The notes: a model not told the origin generated them from the letters alone. Numbered from the stretch's first letter, positions 37,824-51,749 are shown. The stretch is 64,000 nt of DNA from an uncultured Chloroflexia bacterium (GCA_963770795.1 CAVYQR010000006.1:70264-134263), one strand, 5' to 3'. Translations and numbers: made by a program.

Positions 37824-38456
37824 TCAGCCGGCGGGTGCGGTCCCGATCCGGGTGTCCACACGCGGGGGGTGGGCATCCTCCCAGGCCGCGATCTCCGCGT
37901 CCTTCGCCAGGACATAGCCGATCTCGTCGGTGCCGGCCATGAGCATCATCTTGGAGAACGGATCCACGTCGAAGTCCAGCGTGGTGCCGTCCGGGAGCAG
38001 GATCCCCTGCTCGGCGAGGTCCACGCGGAGCTCGGCATCCTCGTCTGCCGCGATCATCTCGAACAGGCGCGCGAGCGTCTCCGGGTCCACCACGATCGGC
38101 AGCACGCCGTTCTTGAGCGCGTTGCTCCTGAAGATGTCCGCGAACGACGTGGACAGGATCGCCTGGATGCCCCACGAGCGGAGCGCCCAGGGCGCGTGCT
38201 CGCGGGAGCTGCCGGTGCCGAAGTTGTCCCCAACAAGGAGGATCCTGCGACCGTCCATGCCGGGCCGGTCCAGGACGAAGGGCGGGTCCTTCTTCGTCCC
38301 GTCCTCGTTGAACCGCCGGTCGCGGAAGAGCGCCTCCGCGAGGCCCTCCTTGTCGGTGACCTTGAGGTAGCGCGCGGGGACGATCTGGTCCGTATCGACG
38401 TTCTCGGCCGCCATCGGCACGACCCGCGAGGTGAAGGAGCGGAAGCCCTCGGCCAT
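37824..38456 (-). CDS. leuD: 3-isopropylmalate dehydratase small subunit
   Basis: NVDTDQIVPARYLK, NFGTGSSREHAPWAL, SFADIFRSN. Confidence 0.95.
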   Translation of the reverse strand: MAEGFRSFTSRVVPMAAENVDTDQIVPARYLKVTDKEGLAEALFRDRRFNEDGTKKDPPFVLDRPGMDGRRILLVGDNFGTGSSREHAPWALRSWGIQAILSTSFADIFRSNALKNGVLPIVVDPETLARLFEMIAADEDAELRVDLAEQGILLPDGTTLDFDVDPFSKMMLMAGTDEIGYVLAKDAEIAAWEDAHPPRVDTRIGTAPAG

Positions 38457-38459
38457 CTC

Positions 38460-39902
<1,443 letters not shown>

Positions 39903-39992
39903 CGGCTTCGGGTCTGCTCTGCTGCGGCTGCGGGGAGGAGAAGGGTACCAGCGGATCTCACCGACGGGTCGCCGCGCCACCCCGGGCAGCGT

Positions 39993-40721
39993 TCAGCGTT
40001 CTGCCCCGATACGCGAGCGTTTCCCGTCCAGCACGACCCAGAGCAGGGACGGACCGGGCCACGGGGCCGTGCCCGTGAGGGCGGCGAGGGCGTCGGCGGG
40101 GTGAGCGGGGTAGGCGACGCGCAGCTGGCGCTCGAAGGTGATCGCGACATCGCGCGTCGCGCGCGTGCGCCGCACGACCAGGAGGCGGCTGATCGCGGGC
40201 TCGTCGCCGAGATGGGGCCAACCGTCCCAGCTTGGCAGCGATGCGGCCTTCTCCGTGGACCACCGGACGAGCTGCTCGAGGCGGCGCAGCTCCGACTGGA
40301 GCTCAGAGGCGAGGAACACGTGCGAGGTGGCGTCGTGCAGACCCAGATCGATCCAGCCGCGGCTCGGCTGCCGGACCGCGAGCTCGGTGAAGGGCGTCCA
40401 GCGAGGATGGAGCGGCGCGAGGAGGACCTCCAGCATCCGTGCCTGGTGGCGGTCCCGGAGCGCAGGTCCGGTGTTGGGGTAGATCCGCGTGTGGAGGTCC
40501 GCCCCGAGCGCCGAGGCGAGTCGCTGGTACGTCGCGATCGATGGCGCTTCCGAGCCACCCTCGATGCGGGCGAGGAAGCGGAGATCGACCCCAGACGCAC
40601 GGGCGAGCTGCGCCCGCGACACGCCCGCGTCCTCGCGAAGCCGCAGCAGGTCGCCGGCCAGCGTGCGGTGGCGCTTCGCCGAGGCGGTGGCAATGGCCTT
40701 CTCGAACTTCATGGTGGTCAC
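39993..40721 (-). CDS. XRE-type HTH fused to a PD-(D/E)xK/Vsr-like nuclease-fold domain
   Basis: LLRLREDAGVSRAQLARASGVDLRFLARIEGG (HTH_XRE), then TE...RGWIDL...ASELQSE. Start 40721 (GTG) or 40712 (ATG). Confidence 0.65.
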   Translation of the reverse strand: MTTMKFEKAIATASAKRHRTLAGDLLRLREDAGVSRAQLARASGVDLRFLARIEGGSEAPSIATYQRLASALGADLHTRIYPNTGPALRDRHQARMLEVLLAPLHPRWTPFTELAVRQPSRGWIDLGLHDATSHVFLASELQSELRRLEQLVRWSTEKAASLPSWDGWPHLGDEPAISRLLVVRRTRATRDVAITFERQLRVAYPAHPADALAALTGTAPWPGPSLLWVVLDGKRSRIGAER

Positions 40722-40797
40722 AGGCAGAGTGAAGCGGCCGGCGCTTACCCGCGGCTTGTTGATGCGCGCGCTCGCTCGTCTTGCCCGGCCGCGGCGG

Positions 40798-40952
40798 TGG
40801 GACTGCCAGTCATCGCTACGTCGTGCCTTGGGTCGTCTCCTGTGACTGGTGGTCATGGGGGAGGCCCCGATCCGGCCGGAGATGGGCCTCTCCGATGCCT
40901 CGGAGTCACAGGACAGCGTTGCGATCCGCTGCGGCTATGACTGGCAGTCCCA
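40798..40952. repeat. Long palindromic element B (155 bp)
   Basis: 16-bp perfect IR TGGGACTGCCAGTCAT / ATGACTGGCAGTCCCA; nested TCCTGTGACT/AGTCACAGGA (40838-47 / 40904-13) and GAGGCCC/GGGCCTC; followed by GGTCG. Confidence 0.75.
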
Positions 40953-40957
40953 GGTCG

Positions 40958-41051
40958 GCGCGACCGGGGCGCCGGAGACGGGCGCCGCGCGACCGGGGCG
41001 CCGGAGACGGGAGCTGCGCGAGGGCACAGGACGGGCGCTGCGCGAGGGCAC
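40958..41051 (+). repeat. Two pairs of short direct repeats
   Basis: GCGCGACCGGGGCGCCGGAGACGGG at 40958 and 40987; GCTGCGCGAGGGCAC at 41013 and 41037. Confidence 0.7.
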
Positions 41052-41121
41052 GGAAGGCTGCACTTTGGTTCGGCGGTTGCGCCCATGCGGGGGCTGCGGG
41101 TATCCTTCGCGCACCCGTCGC

Positions 41122-41367
41122 ATGGCGGGCCAGCAGGAGTCGGGTCGCTTGGACTTCTCCCAGGGCCGCAACCGCCGCATCGTCGCCGTCGTCGTGACGG
41201 CTGATGGACGCCGCGTGAACGTGCCCCTGCGCGACCTGAACACCAGCCGCGTATCCCTTCTCGATCTTCTTCGCTCGCTCCAGCTTGGGCTTGAGAGCCT
41301 TCTTGGCCTCCTCATTACCGGCTCCCGGCGGGAGAACGGAGGAACGCGGAGGGACGGCAGCCGCTGA
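41122..41367 (+). CDS. Putative ilvB leader (attenuator) peptide, 81 aa
   Basis: IVAVVV block, then 11 Leu in 20 codons (7 CTT, 4 CTC); TATCCT -10 at 41101-41106; terminator 25 nt downstream. Confidence 0.55.
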   Translation: MAGQQESGRLDFSQGRNRRIVAVVVTADGRRVNVPLRDLNTSRVSLLDLLRSLQLGLESLLGLLITGSRRENGGTRRDGSR

Positions 41368-41392
41368 GGCGCCGACCACCGACAACCGAAGG

Positions 41393-41419
41393 GACCCTCG
41401 CCGGGTGGCGAGGGTCTTT
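41393..41419 (+). terminator. Attenuator-type intrinsic terminator upstream of ilvB
   Basis: GACCCTCGCC-gggt-GGCGAGGGTC-TTT, between the leader ORF and the ilvB RBS. Confidence 0.75.
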
Positions 41420-41467
41420 GCATGTCCGGAGGTCGCGGGACCCAGCGGACGGAGAGGGACAGGACGG

Positions 41468-43336
41468 ATGACGATGACGAAGGACGAGCCGCCGGCCGGG
41501 CAGGCCGGCGGCTCGCCGGGACGTCGGAGCCACGTGCCGGGTGACGGCACGGCGGCGGCGGACGCCATCGAGCAGGCCCGCCGGCAGATGCTCCATGACG
41601 TACGGAGCAGGAAGCGGACCCGCATCGGCGCCGACGCGCTCATGGAGGCGCTCATCCACCAGGGCGCGGACACGCTCTTCTCCTACCCGGGCGGCGTCAT
41701 CCTCCCGATCTACGACATCCTCGGGGACTACCCCGAGATCCGCCACGTCCTCGTCCGGCACGAGCAGGGCGGCGCCCACGCGGCCGACGGCTACGCCCGG
41801 GCCAGCGGCAGGGTGGGTGTCTGCATGGGGACCAGCGGTCCCGGTGCCACCAACCTCGTGACCGGCATCGCCACGGCGCAGCTGGACTCCGTGCCGATGG
41901 TCGCGATCACCGGCAACGTGCCCGGCTCGCTGATCGGCAAGGACGCGTTCCAGGAGATCGACATCACCGGCATCACGCTGCCGATGACGAAGCACAACTA
42001 CCTGGTCCGCAACGCCGACGACATCCCTCGCGTCATTGCCGAGGCCTTCTACATCGCGAAGCACGGGCGTCCCGGGCCTGTGCACGTTGACCTCACGAAG
42101 GACGCCCTGCAGCAGGAGACACGTGCCGAGCATCCCTCGCTCGAGCAGGTGGTCGCCGGCCTGCCGGGCTTCCGGCCCAACACCGAGGGCCATCCCAGGC
42201 AGCTGAAGCTGGCCGCCCGGGAGATCGCACAGGCGAAGCGCCCGCTGATCCTGGCAGGACACGGCGTGCTGATCGCCGAGGCCTGGGACGAGCTCAGGGC
42301 CTTCGCTGAGAAGGCGCAGATCCCGGTCGCCTGGACGCTCCTGGGCATCGGCGCCATGGACGAGGATCATCCGCTGGCCTACGGCTACATGGGGATGCAC
42401 GGCTGGAAGCACGTGAACCGCGCGATCCAGTCGGCCGACCTCCTGGTTGCCATCGGGATGCGGTTCGACGACCGGGTCACCGGCAGCGTCAAGACCTACG
42501 CCCCGTACGCGCGGATCATCCACGCGGACATCGACCCGGCCGAGATCGGCAAGAACGTGGCGGTCGAGATCCCGATCGTGGGCGACGCGAAGAACGTCAT
42601 CGTCGGCCTCACGAAGCTGGTCCACCAGGTGGAACCGGCGGCACGCGCCGAGTACCACGCCCAGCTGGCCGAATGGCGCCACGAGTCCGAGGAGTCGTCC
42701 TGGCACGGCTCGGGCGGCTGGAAGGAGGGGGTCCTGTCCGCAGACTTCGTGGTGAGCCGGATCGGTGAGCTCACCGACCACGTCGCCACCTACGTCGCGG
42801 ACGTGGGCCAGAACCAGATGTGGCTCGCCCGCTACACCAGGTTCCGCCGGCCCCACAGTCATATCAGCTCGGGCGGCCTCGGTACGATGGGCTTCGCGGT
42901 CCCGGCCGCGATGGGCGCCGCGCTGGGCAACCCGTCCGCGGAGACGTGGGCGATCTGCGGTGACGGCGGCTTCCAGATGACCAGCCAGGAGCTGATGACC
43001 CTCGCCGCGGATCGCATCCCCGTGAAGATCGCGCTCCTCGACAACAAGAAGCTGGGCATGATCCGGCAGTGGCAGGAGATCTTCTACGCGGAGAACTACC
43101 ACTCCTCGCACCTGCCGGGCCCGGACTTCGCGAAGCTGGCCGATGCCTATGGCATCCCTGCCTTCAAGGCGACCACGACCGGCGAGGTGGACGGCGCGAT
43201 CAAGGCGGCCCAGGCCGTCGACGGTCCAGCGCTCATCTGGTTCGAGATCGAGCAGGAGCAGAACGTGTTCCCGATGATGCCGGCGGGCAAGGGCCTGTCC
43301 GACCTGATCGAGACCTGGGGAGGGCCGGAGGAATGA
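41468..43336 (+). CDS. ilvB: Acetolactate synthase large subunit
   Basis: YPGG, RHEQG, TSGPGATN, FQEID, DVGQNQMW, SGGLGTMGF, GDGGFQMT. Confidence 0.96.
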   Translation: MTMTKDEPPAGQAGGSPGRRSHVPGDGTAAADAIEQARRQMLHDVRSRKRTRIGADALMEALIHQGADTLFSYPGGVILPIYDILGDYPEIRHVLVRHEQGGAHAADGYARASGRVGVCMGTSGPGATNLVTGIATAQLDSVPMVAITGNVPGSLIGKDAFQEIDITGITLPMTKHNYLVRNADDIPRVIAEAFYIAKHGRPGPVHVDLTKDALQQETRAEHPSLEQVVAGLPGFRPNTEGHPRQLKLAAREIAQAKRPLILAGHGVLIAEAWDELRAFAEKAQIPVAWTLLGIGAMDEDHPLAYGYMGMHGWKHVNRAIQSADLLVAIGMRFDDRVTGSVKTYAPYARIIHADIDPAEIGKNVAVEIPIVGDAKNVIVGLTKLVHQVEPAARAEYHAQLAEWRHESEESSWHGSGGWKEGVLSADFVVSRIGELTDHVATYVADVGQNQMWLARYTRFRRPHSHISSGGLGTMGFAVPAAMGAALGNPSAETWAICGDGGFQMTSQELMTLAADRIPVKIALLDNKKLGMIRQWQEIFYAENYHSSHLPGPDFAKLADAYGIPAFKATTTGEVDGAIKAAQAVDGPALIWFEIEQEQNVFPMMPAGKGLSDLIETWGGPEE

Positions 43337-43950
43337 GTCCCGACCAGGAGACACCCACCCCAAAGGCCGCCGCCGCGCCTGACACGGTGCCGGCGCCAGC
43401 CCACACAGCCCCGCCGCCGCGCTCCCTCCCCGGCACCGGCGCGGGCCACCGCCACATCCTCGTCGTCCTCGTGATGGACCGGCCCGGCGTCCTGAACCGG
43501 GTCGCCAGCCTCATGCGGGCGCGCAACTTCAACATCGACTCCCTGGCCGTCTCGCGGACGGACAAGCCGCACATCAGCCGCATGACCCTCACCCTCCACG
43601 GTGACGACGTCGCGGTGGAGCAGGCGACCAAGCAGCTCTACCGGCTGATCGACGTGCTCAAGGTGCAGGACGTCACGGCCGAACAGGTCGTTGAGCACGA
43701 GCTCGCGCTGCTCAAGGTCCGCGCGACCGACACGAACCGGGCCGAGGTCATCAAGATCGTCGAGCTCTACAAGGGCCGGATCGTGGACATCGCCCCGGAT
43801 GCCGTCATCGTCGAGGCGAGCGGCACGGAAGCCGAGATCGACAGTCTCGTCGCGCTGGTGCGCGGCTATGGGATCAAGGAACTTGTCCGGACCGGCGCGG
43901 TCGTGATGCTGCGCGGCGCCGGGTCCATCGAGGAGGCACTCAAGCTATGA
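43333..43950 (+). CDS. ilvN: Acetolactate synthase small (regulatory) subunit
   Basis: [46 protein letters not shown]. Confidence 0.95.
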   Translation: MSPDQETPTPKAAAAPDTVPAPAHTAPPPRSLPGTGAGHRHILVVLVMDRPGVLNRVASLMRARNFNIDSLAVSRTDKPHISRMTLTLHGDDVAVEQATKQLYRLIDVLKVQDVTAEQVVEHELALLKVRATDTNRAEVIKIVELYKGRIVDIAPDAVIVEASGTEAEIDSLVALVRGYGIKELVRTGAVVMLRGAGSIEEALKL

Positions 43951-45005
43951 CCGCTCGGATGTACTACGACGCCGATGCCGACCCCACCGCGCTCGACGGG
44001 CAGACCGTTGCGGTCATCGGCTACGGCAGCCAGGGCCACGCCCACGCCCTCAACCTGCGCGACAGCGGCGTGAGTGTCGTCGTCGGCCTGGCGGCCGGCT
44101 CCAAGAGCCGGCCCCTGGCGGAGGCGGCGGGCCTGCGCGTGCTCGATACCGCCGAGGCGGTGAAGGGCGCCGACGTCGTGATGATCGCCGTCCCGGATAC
44201 CGCCCAGAAGGCGGTCTACGACGCCGACATCGCCCCCAACCTCAAGCCCGGTTCGCTCCTGATGTTCGCCCACGGGTTCAACATCCGGTTCGGTCAGATC
44301 AAGCCCGACGCCGGCGTCGACGTGGGCATGGTGGCGCCGAAGGGCCCGGGTCACCTCCTGCGCTCCGTCTACGAGCAGGGCGGTGGCGTGCCGGCCCTGT
44401 TCGCGGTCGACCAGGACGGCTCCGGGACCGCCCGGGCGCGGACGCTTGCCTACGCCCGGGGCATCGGCTCCACGCGTGCCGGCGTCCTCGAGACGACCTT
44501 CACGGAGGAGACCGAGACAGACCTGTTCGGCGAACAGGCCCTGCTCTGCGGCGGCGTTTCCGCCCTTGTCAAGGCCGCGTTCGAGACCCTCGTCGAAGCC
44601 GGCTACCAGCCCGAGCTCGCCTACTTCGAGACGATGCACGAGCTCAAGCTGATCGTGGACCTCATGTACCGCGGTGGCCTCAACTTCATGCGCTTCAGCG
44701 TCAGCGAGACCGCGGAGTACGGCGACTACGTCTCCGGCCCGCGCGTGACCGAGGGCGCAAAGGCGGCGATGAAGGACGTGCTGACCGACATCCAGAGCGG
44801 CTCGTTCGCAACCCGCTGGATCGCCGAGCAGGAGTCCGGCGGCGAGACGTTCGCCAGGCTTCGCCAGCAGGATCACGATCACCAGATCGAGCAGGTCGGC
44901 GCCGACCTCCGGGCGAAGATGTCGTTCCTCGACCCGGTGGTGGTCGAAGCCGGTCAGGCCCAGGCAGTGGCCAGCAACGCTCCGTCGGGGGAGGGCGGAC
45001 GATGA
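43947..45005 (+). CDS. ilvC: Ketol-acid reductoisomerase
   Basis: [41 protein letters not shown]. Confidence 0.97.
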   Translation: MTARMYYDADADPTALDGQTVAVIGYGSQGHAHALNLRDSGVSVVVGLAAGSKSRPLAEAAGLRVLDTAEAVKGADVVMIAVPDTAQKAVYDADIAPNLKPGSLLMFAHGFNIRFGQIKPDAGVDVGMVAPKGPGHLLRSVYEQGGGVPALFAVDQDGSGTARARTLAYARGIGSTRAGVLETTFTEETETDLFGEQALLCGGVSALVKAAFETLVEAGYQPELAYFETMHELKLIVDLMYRGGLNFMRFSVSETAEYGDYVSGPRVTEGAKAAMKDVLTDIQSGSFATRWIAEQESGGETFARLRQQDHDHQIEQVGADLRAKMSFLDPVVVEAGQAQAVASNAPSGEGGR

Positions 45006-46645
45006 CCTTCGAGGCCACGCACCCGCGGTTCGGCGGAGGCGTCGCGGCCGGCTCCGTCCGCATCTTCGACACCACCCTCCGCGATGGCGAGCAGGCGCCC
45101 GGGGCCGGCCTGACGGCCGCCGAGAAGCTCGACGTCGCACGCCAGCTCGCACGGCTGAAGGTCGACGTGATCGAGGCGGGCTTCCCGTCCGCCTCGCCCG
45201 GTGACTTCGAGGCGGTCCGCCGGATCGCCGAGGACACGAAGGGTGGGATCGCGGTCGCGGCCCTCGCCCGCTGCAAGGACGGCGACCCGCAGCGCGCCGT
45301 CGAGGCCATCGGCATCGCCGAGCGCCCGCACCTGCACCTGTTCATCGCCACCAGCGACATCCACCTCACGCACAAGCTGCGCATCTCCCGCGAGCAGGCC
45401 CTCGCCGAGGCGCGTCGCTGGGTGGGCTGGGCGCGCAAGACGCTGGGCCCCGATGCGGAGATCGAGTTCTCCGCCGAGGACGCCTCGCGGACCGAGGACG
45501 CGTTCCTGCTGGACGTGTACGAGGCCGTCGTGGAGGCCGGTGCCTCCACGGTGAACATCCCGGACACGGTCGGCTACGCGATCCCGGCCGAGTTCGGCGC
45601 CCTGGTCGGCCGGGTCGTGGACCGGGTCGGCCGCGACGCGACGGTCAGCGTCCACTGCCACAACGACCTGGGGCTCGCCACGGCGAACACCCTGGCTGCC
45701 GTGCAGGCGGGCGCCCGGCAGGTCGAGGTCACGATCAACGGCCTCGGCGAGCGGGCCGGCAACGCCTCCCTGGAGGAGGTCGTCATGGCCCTTCGGACGC
45801 GCCCCGGGCAGTTCCCGGACCTCGCGGCCGGCGTCCAGACCGAGCAGATCACCCCGGCCTCGCGCCTGGTGTCCTACCTGACCGGCTTCGCGATCCAGCC
45901 CAACAAGGCCATCGTCGGCGCCAACGCGTTCGCCCACGAGTCCGGCATCCACCAGGACGGCTTCCTCAAGAACCCGCTGACCTACGAGATCATGACCCCG
46001 CAGTCCGTCGGGCTGTCCGGGAGCACCCTGTCGATCGGCAAGCTCTCCGGCCGGCGCGGGCTCCAGGGCAAGCTCCGGGAGCTGGGCCAGGAGGTGGCCA
46101 GCGACGAGCTCGACGAGATCTACCGGGCCGCGGTCGCGCTGGCCGATACGAAGAAGGAGGTCACGGACGCGGACCTGCTCGCGCTCGTCGAGCAACAGAG
46201 GTCGGACGTGCCGCGGTCCATCGAGCTGCTGGGCTGGAGCATCAGCTCCTCGTCCGGCGGGCACTCCGCGGGCAGCATCTCGCTGGTGGTCGCCGGCCAG
46301 GCGAAGGCGGGTGACGCCACCGGCAACGGCCCGGTCAACGCGCTGTACAAGGCCGTCGACGAGGCGCTCAAGCCCGTCCTCGGCTGGTACCTGGTCCTCA
46401 CCGAGTACGAGATCAAGGCCGTCTCCGGCGACGGCGATGCGCAGGGCCAGGTGCTGGTCCGGGCCCGCCGCTCGTCCGACGAGGGCCCGGGGGCACTCGT
46501 GGTCACGGGCCACGGCCTGTCCACCAACATCATCGAGGCCTCGCTCGAGGCGTACCTCGTGGCCGCCAACAAGCTTCACGGCGCCGAGATCAACGGCATC
46601 GAGGTGCCGTTCGTCGGCCGGACCATGGGCGAGGAGCTCCCGTGA
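45002..46645 (+). CDS. leuA: 2-isopropylmalate synthase with C-terminal regulatory domain
   Basis: [40 protein letters not shown]. Confidence 0.93.
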   Translation: MTFEATHPRFGGGVAAGSVRIFDTTLRDGEQAPGAGLTAAEKLDVARQLARLKVDVIEAGFPSASPGDFEAVRRIAEDTKGGIAVAALARCKDGDPQRAVEAIGIAERPHLHLFIATSDIHLTHKLRISREQALAEARRWVGWARKTLGPDAEIEFSAEDASRTEDAFLLDVYEAVVEAGASTVNIPDTVGYAIPAEFGALVGRVVDRVGRDATVSVHCHNDLGLATANTLAAVQAGARQVEVTINGLGERAGNASLEEVVMALRTRPGQFPDLAAGVQTEQITPASRLVSYLTGFAIQPNKAIVGANAFAHESGIHQDGFLKNPLTYEIMTPQSVGLSGSTLSIGKLSGRRGLQGKLRELGQEVASDELDEIYRAAVALADTKKEVTDADLLALVEQQRSDVPRSIELLGWSISSSSGGHSAGSISLVVAGQAKAGDATGNGPVNALYKAVDEALKPVLGWYLVLTEYEIKAVSGDGDAQGQVLVRARRSSDEGPGALVVTGHGLSTNIIEASLEAYLVAANKLHGAEINGIEVPFVGRTMGEELP

Positions 46646-47780
46646 CGGGGAGTGCCGGCGACCCGGCGCTCACCTACCGGATCACGCTCATCCCCGGTGA
46701 CGGGGTGGGGCCCGAGGTCGTCGCCGGTGCGGTCTCGGTCCTCGAGACCGTCGGCCGCCGATTCGGGTTCGGGTTCGACTGGCAGCAGCTGATCGTCGGC
46801 GGGGCGGGGATCGACGCGTACGGCGTTGCCATCCGTCCCGAGGACGTGGAGGTCTGTCGCGACGCCGACGCCGTCGTCCTGGGCGCCGTCGGCGGGCCGA
46901 AGTGGGACGACCCGGACGCGGCCGTCCGCCCGGAGCAGGCGCTGTTCGCCCTCCGTGGTGGCCTCGGTCTGTTCGCCAACCTGCGGCCGATCACCGTCAA
47001 TCCCTCCCTGATCTCCGCCTCGCCGCTGAAGCCGGAGCTCCTTGAGGGCGTGGACTGCCTCATCGTCCGGGAGCTCACCTCCGGGCTCTATTTCGGCAGG
47101 CCCTCCGAGCAGCGCATCACGCCCGAGGGACGCGCCGCCATCGACACCCTCTGGTACACCGAGGGCGAGATCCGGCAGATCGTCACCCTGGCGTTCGAGC
47201 TGGCCCGTGGCCGCCGCCGCAAGCTCACCTCGGTGGACAAGGCCAACGTCCTCGCGACATCGCGGCTGTGGCGCAAGGTCACCGAGGAGGTCCACGCGGA
47301 CTTCCCGGACGTCGTCCTGGAGCACCGCCTCGTCGACTCCGCCGCGATGGTCCTCGCCAGCCGGCCGGCCGGTTTCGACGTGCTCGTCACCGAGAACCTG
47401 TTCGGGGACATCCTCTCGGACGAGGCGGCGGTCATCGCCGGCTCGCTGGGCATGCTGCCGTCCGCGTCGCTGGGGACCCGGACCACCGCCTATGGGCGCT
47501 TCGGCCTCTACGAGCCGATCCACGGCACGGCGCCGGACATCGCCGGCCAGGACCTCGCCAACCCGCTGGGCATGATCCTGTCGACGGCGATGATGCTCCG
47601 CTGGTCGCTGGGCCAGTCCGCGGCCGCGGACGCCATCGAGTCGGCCGTCAACGGCGTGCTGGCGGACGGCTTCCGGACCAGGGACCTCGTCCCGTCCGAC
47701 CCCGTGGAGGCCGCGGCCTGCACCGTGGTCGGGACGACGGAGATGGCACGCGCGATCGGGGACCGACTGGGCCTCCCGGC

Positions 47781-47784
<4 letters not shown>
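46642..47784 (+). CDS. leuB: 3-isopropylmalate dehydrogenase
   Basis: PGDGVGPEV, VRELTSGLYFG, DKANVL, NLFGDILSDEA, EPIHGTAPDIAG. Confidence 0.96.
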
Positions 47785-49462
<1,678 letters not shown>

Positions 49463-49466
<4 letters not shown>

Positions 49467-50008
49467 CCGACCCGACCCCGATCTCCGCCGATCCGGACCC
49501 GATCCGGCTCGGGCGCTGGACGGTCACGTCCGGGAGCAACGTCAACAGCCGCGCCGCCGTCGTGCTCCAGGCCGGCAGCCACGACTGGAAGGCGTCCGCG
49601 GAGGGCAACGGAGCCGTCGATGCGCTCCTCCGCGCGGTGGACGGAGCCCTCGTCGACATCCTCGGCGGGCACCCGGTGCTGATCGCCTACGACGTGCATG
49701 CGCTGGCGGAGGGGCCGGATGCGGAGGGCCGGGTCACCGTCCAGATCGCAGCCCCGGCGGATACCGAGGGACCGCGCTCCGGCGGCAGCTACACGGGCGA
49801 GGTTGCCAGCACGAACATCGTGGCGGCCTCGGTCGAGGCCTACGTGCACGCCCTGAACGCGATGCTGGCCGATCCATCCTGGTCGGGGGCCGCGGAGGCG
49901 GCCGGATCGCGCCGGGATCGCGGCGTCGGCATGGATCCGGGCGGTGCGGCTGCGGAGTTCGATGACGACGCCCGCCCGATAGACACGACCGAGTGGTTCA
50001 ACCGCTAG
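49463..50008 (+). CDS. Stand-alone LeuA-type allosteric (leucine-binding/dimerisation) domain protein
   Basis: ASAEGNGAVDALLRAVD...YDVHAL...DAEGRVTV...STNIVAASVEAY parallels the LeuA and CimA C-termini in this window; no catalytic TIM barrel; GTG overlaps the cimA stop. Confidence 0.8.
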
Positions 50009-50883
50009 GCGTCGGCCTGCCCGGGGCTGTGCCGGCTCCGGTGCCCGCCGTCGCGTCCGCTGGTCCGCCGCCCATCGACGCCGAGGCGTTCAACGCGTTC
50101 GAGGCCGCCGGCTGGGAGGCGCGCGCCGACTCGTATGCGTTCCTGCGTCCGCTGACCGCCCGCGTCATCGGGACACTCCTCGCGTCCGCCGGCGTTGCGG
50201 CGGGCCACGAGGTGCTCGACGTGGGAAGCGGCCCGGGCGACCTGGCCGCGGCGGCCGCGTCGCTCGGGGCCGACACCGTTGGCATCGACGTCGCGCCGTC
50301 CATGGTCCGGCGGGCGGCCCTCGCCCATCCCACGATCCCGTTCCGGGTGGGGTCCTTCGAGGCGATCCCGGCCGGGGAGGGGGCATTCGACGCCGTGGTC
50401 GGCAACTTCGTGCTCAACCACGTGGGCCGGCAGGAGGCGGCGCTGGCCGAAGCGATGCGGGTCCTGCGGCCCGGCGGCTGGCTGGCGCTCTCCTCGTGGG
50501 ATGCTCCGCGACGGAACCGTGTCCTGGGGCTGGTGCTGGACGCGGTCGTCGCGGCCGATGCGCCGCCGCCGCCCGGGCTGCCGGCTGGTCCCACCAACTT
50601 CCGAACCGACGAGGAGCTGCGCGTGCTGTTCACCAATGCCGGGTTCGCTGACGTGGGCCTCGGCCGGGTCATGTTCGAGGCGATGGTCCCGGACCTGGAA
50701 ACGCTCTGGCGCGGGGTCCTGGATTCGGCCGTCCGGATCCCGCCGCTCGTGACAACCCAGACGCCGGATGTCCAGGCCCGGATCCGCGTGGCCTTCGACC
50801 GGCTGGCGGAAGTCCACCGGCGGCCGGACGGGCACTACGCGATCCCGGTTTCCGTCCAGGTGACTCGGGGCCGTCGGCCATGA
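49993..50883 (+). CDS. Class I SAM-dependent methyltransferase (UbiE/Methyltransf_11-like)
   Basis: VLDVGSGPG, GIDVAP, FDAVVGNF, RVLRPGG. True start probably 50029-50041. Confidence 0.85.
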   Translation: MVQPLGVGLPGAVPAPVPAVASAGPPPIDAEAFNAFEAAGWEARADSYAFLRPLTARVIGTLLASAGVAAGHEVLDVGSGPGDLAAAAASLGADTVGIDVAPSMVRRAALAHPTIPFRVGSFEAIPAGEGAFDAVVGNFVLNHVGRQEAALAEAMRVLRPGGWLALSSWDAPRRNRVLGLVLDAVVAADAPPPPGLPAGPTNFRTDEELRVLFTNAGFADVGLGRVMFEAMVPDLETLWRGVLDSAVRIPPLVTTQTPDVQARIRVAFDRLAEVHRRPDGHYAIPVSVQVTRGRRP

Positions 50884-51749
50884 TCGATCGCCCGCTCCGC
50901 GTGGCCTACACCGGGGAGCCCGGTGCATTTGCCGAGGAGGCTGTCCTGCGGTTCTTCGCCTCGCCCGAGGCCGTGCCGGAGTCCTCGTTCCGGGCCGCCT
51001 TCGAGGCCGTCCGCGACGGCTCGGCCGATGCCGGCGTCGTTCCGGTCGAGAGCTCCCTGCTCGGGACCATCCGGGAGAACCTCGACCTGCTCTACGAGTT
51101 CGACCTGCCGGTGGTGGGCGAGGTCTCCGTCCCCGTGCAGCTGGCGCTGCTCGCTCTGCCGGGGGAGCGGCTGGAGACCATCGAGCGTGTCTACTCCATC
51201 TCCGCGGCGCTGGCCCAGGCGGACGACTTCCTCCGGTCGCGCCCATGGACGATCCAGACCACGTACAACACGGCGGGGGCCGCCAAGCAGATCGCAGATC
51301 GCGGGGAGCGCGGGGCCGCGGCCGTCGCGTCCGCGCGCGTCGCCCCGATCTACGGCATGGAGGTCATCGCCGACGGGATCCAGACCGGCGACGCGAACCG
51401 CACCCGGTTCCACGTGATCGCGCGGCCGGGCGACGCGCCGCTGGTGCTGGCCGCCGCCCGGGCCGAAGCCGTGGCAGGGCCGCTGCGAACGTCTCTCGTG
51501 TTCGCCGTGCGCAACGTGCCGGGGTCCCTCTACCGCTCGCTGGGGGCGTTCGCAACCCGCGGGATCAACATGGTCCGCCTCGAATCCCGTCCCTGGACGA
51601 AGCTCGGCTCACGCTGGGAGTACCTGTTCTGGGTGGACCTGGACGCGGATCCGGCATCCCCTGCGTGCGGGCATGCCCTCACCGCGCTGCGCAGCGAGAC
51701 CGAGGTGGTCCGGGTCCTGGGCACCTATCCGCGGGCGCCCGAGGATTGA
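50880..51749 (+). CDS. pheA: Prephenate dehydratase with ACT domain
   Basis: VAYTGEPGAFAE, VVPVESS, ALAQ, NTAGAA, NRTRF, NVPGSL, LESRP, YLFWVD, LGTYP. Confidence 0.92.
   Translation: MIDRPLRVAYTGEPGAFAEEAVLRFFASPEAVPESSFRAAFEAVRDGSADAGVVPVESSLLGTIRENLDLLYEFDLPVVGEVSVPVQLALLALPGERLETIERVYSISAALAQADDFLRSRPWTIQTTYNTAGAAKQIADRGERGAAAVASARVAPIYGMEVIADGIQTGDANRTRFHVIARPGDAPLVLAAARAEAVAGPLRTSLVFAVRNVPGSLYRSLGAFATRGINMVRLESRPWTKLGSRWEYLFWVDLDADPASPACGHALTALRSETEVVRVLGTYPRAPED

Noticed and set aside
40958-41051. Direct repeats as a CRISPR array
   Set aside because: Only two copies each, spacers of a few nt, no cas genes.
41110-41380. Antisense Lys/Glu-rich reading (NEEAKKALKPKLERAKKIEKGY) as a real gene
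   Set aside because: No convincing start or RBS, and it would run against the ilvB promoter; kept only as the alternative to the leader-peptide call.
41122-41420. T-box riboswitch upstream of ilvB
   Set aside because: No GGTGGNACC T-box motif; the GGGTGG present is part of the terminator hairpin.
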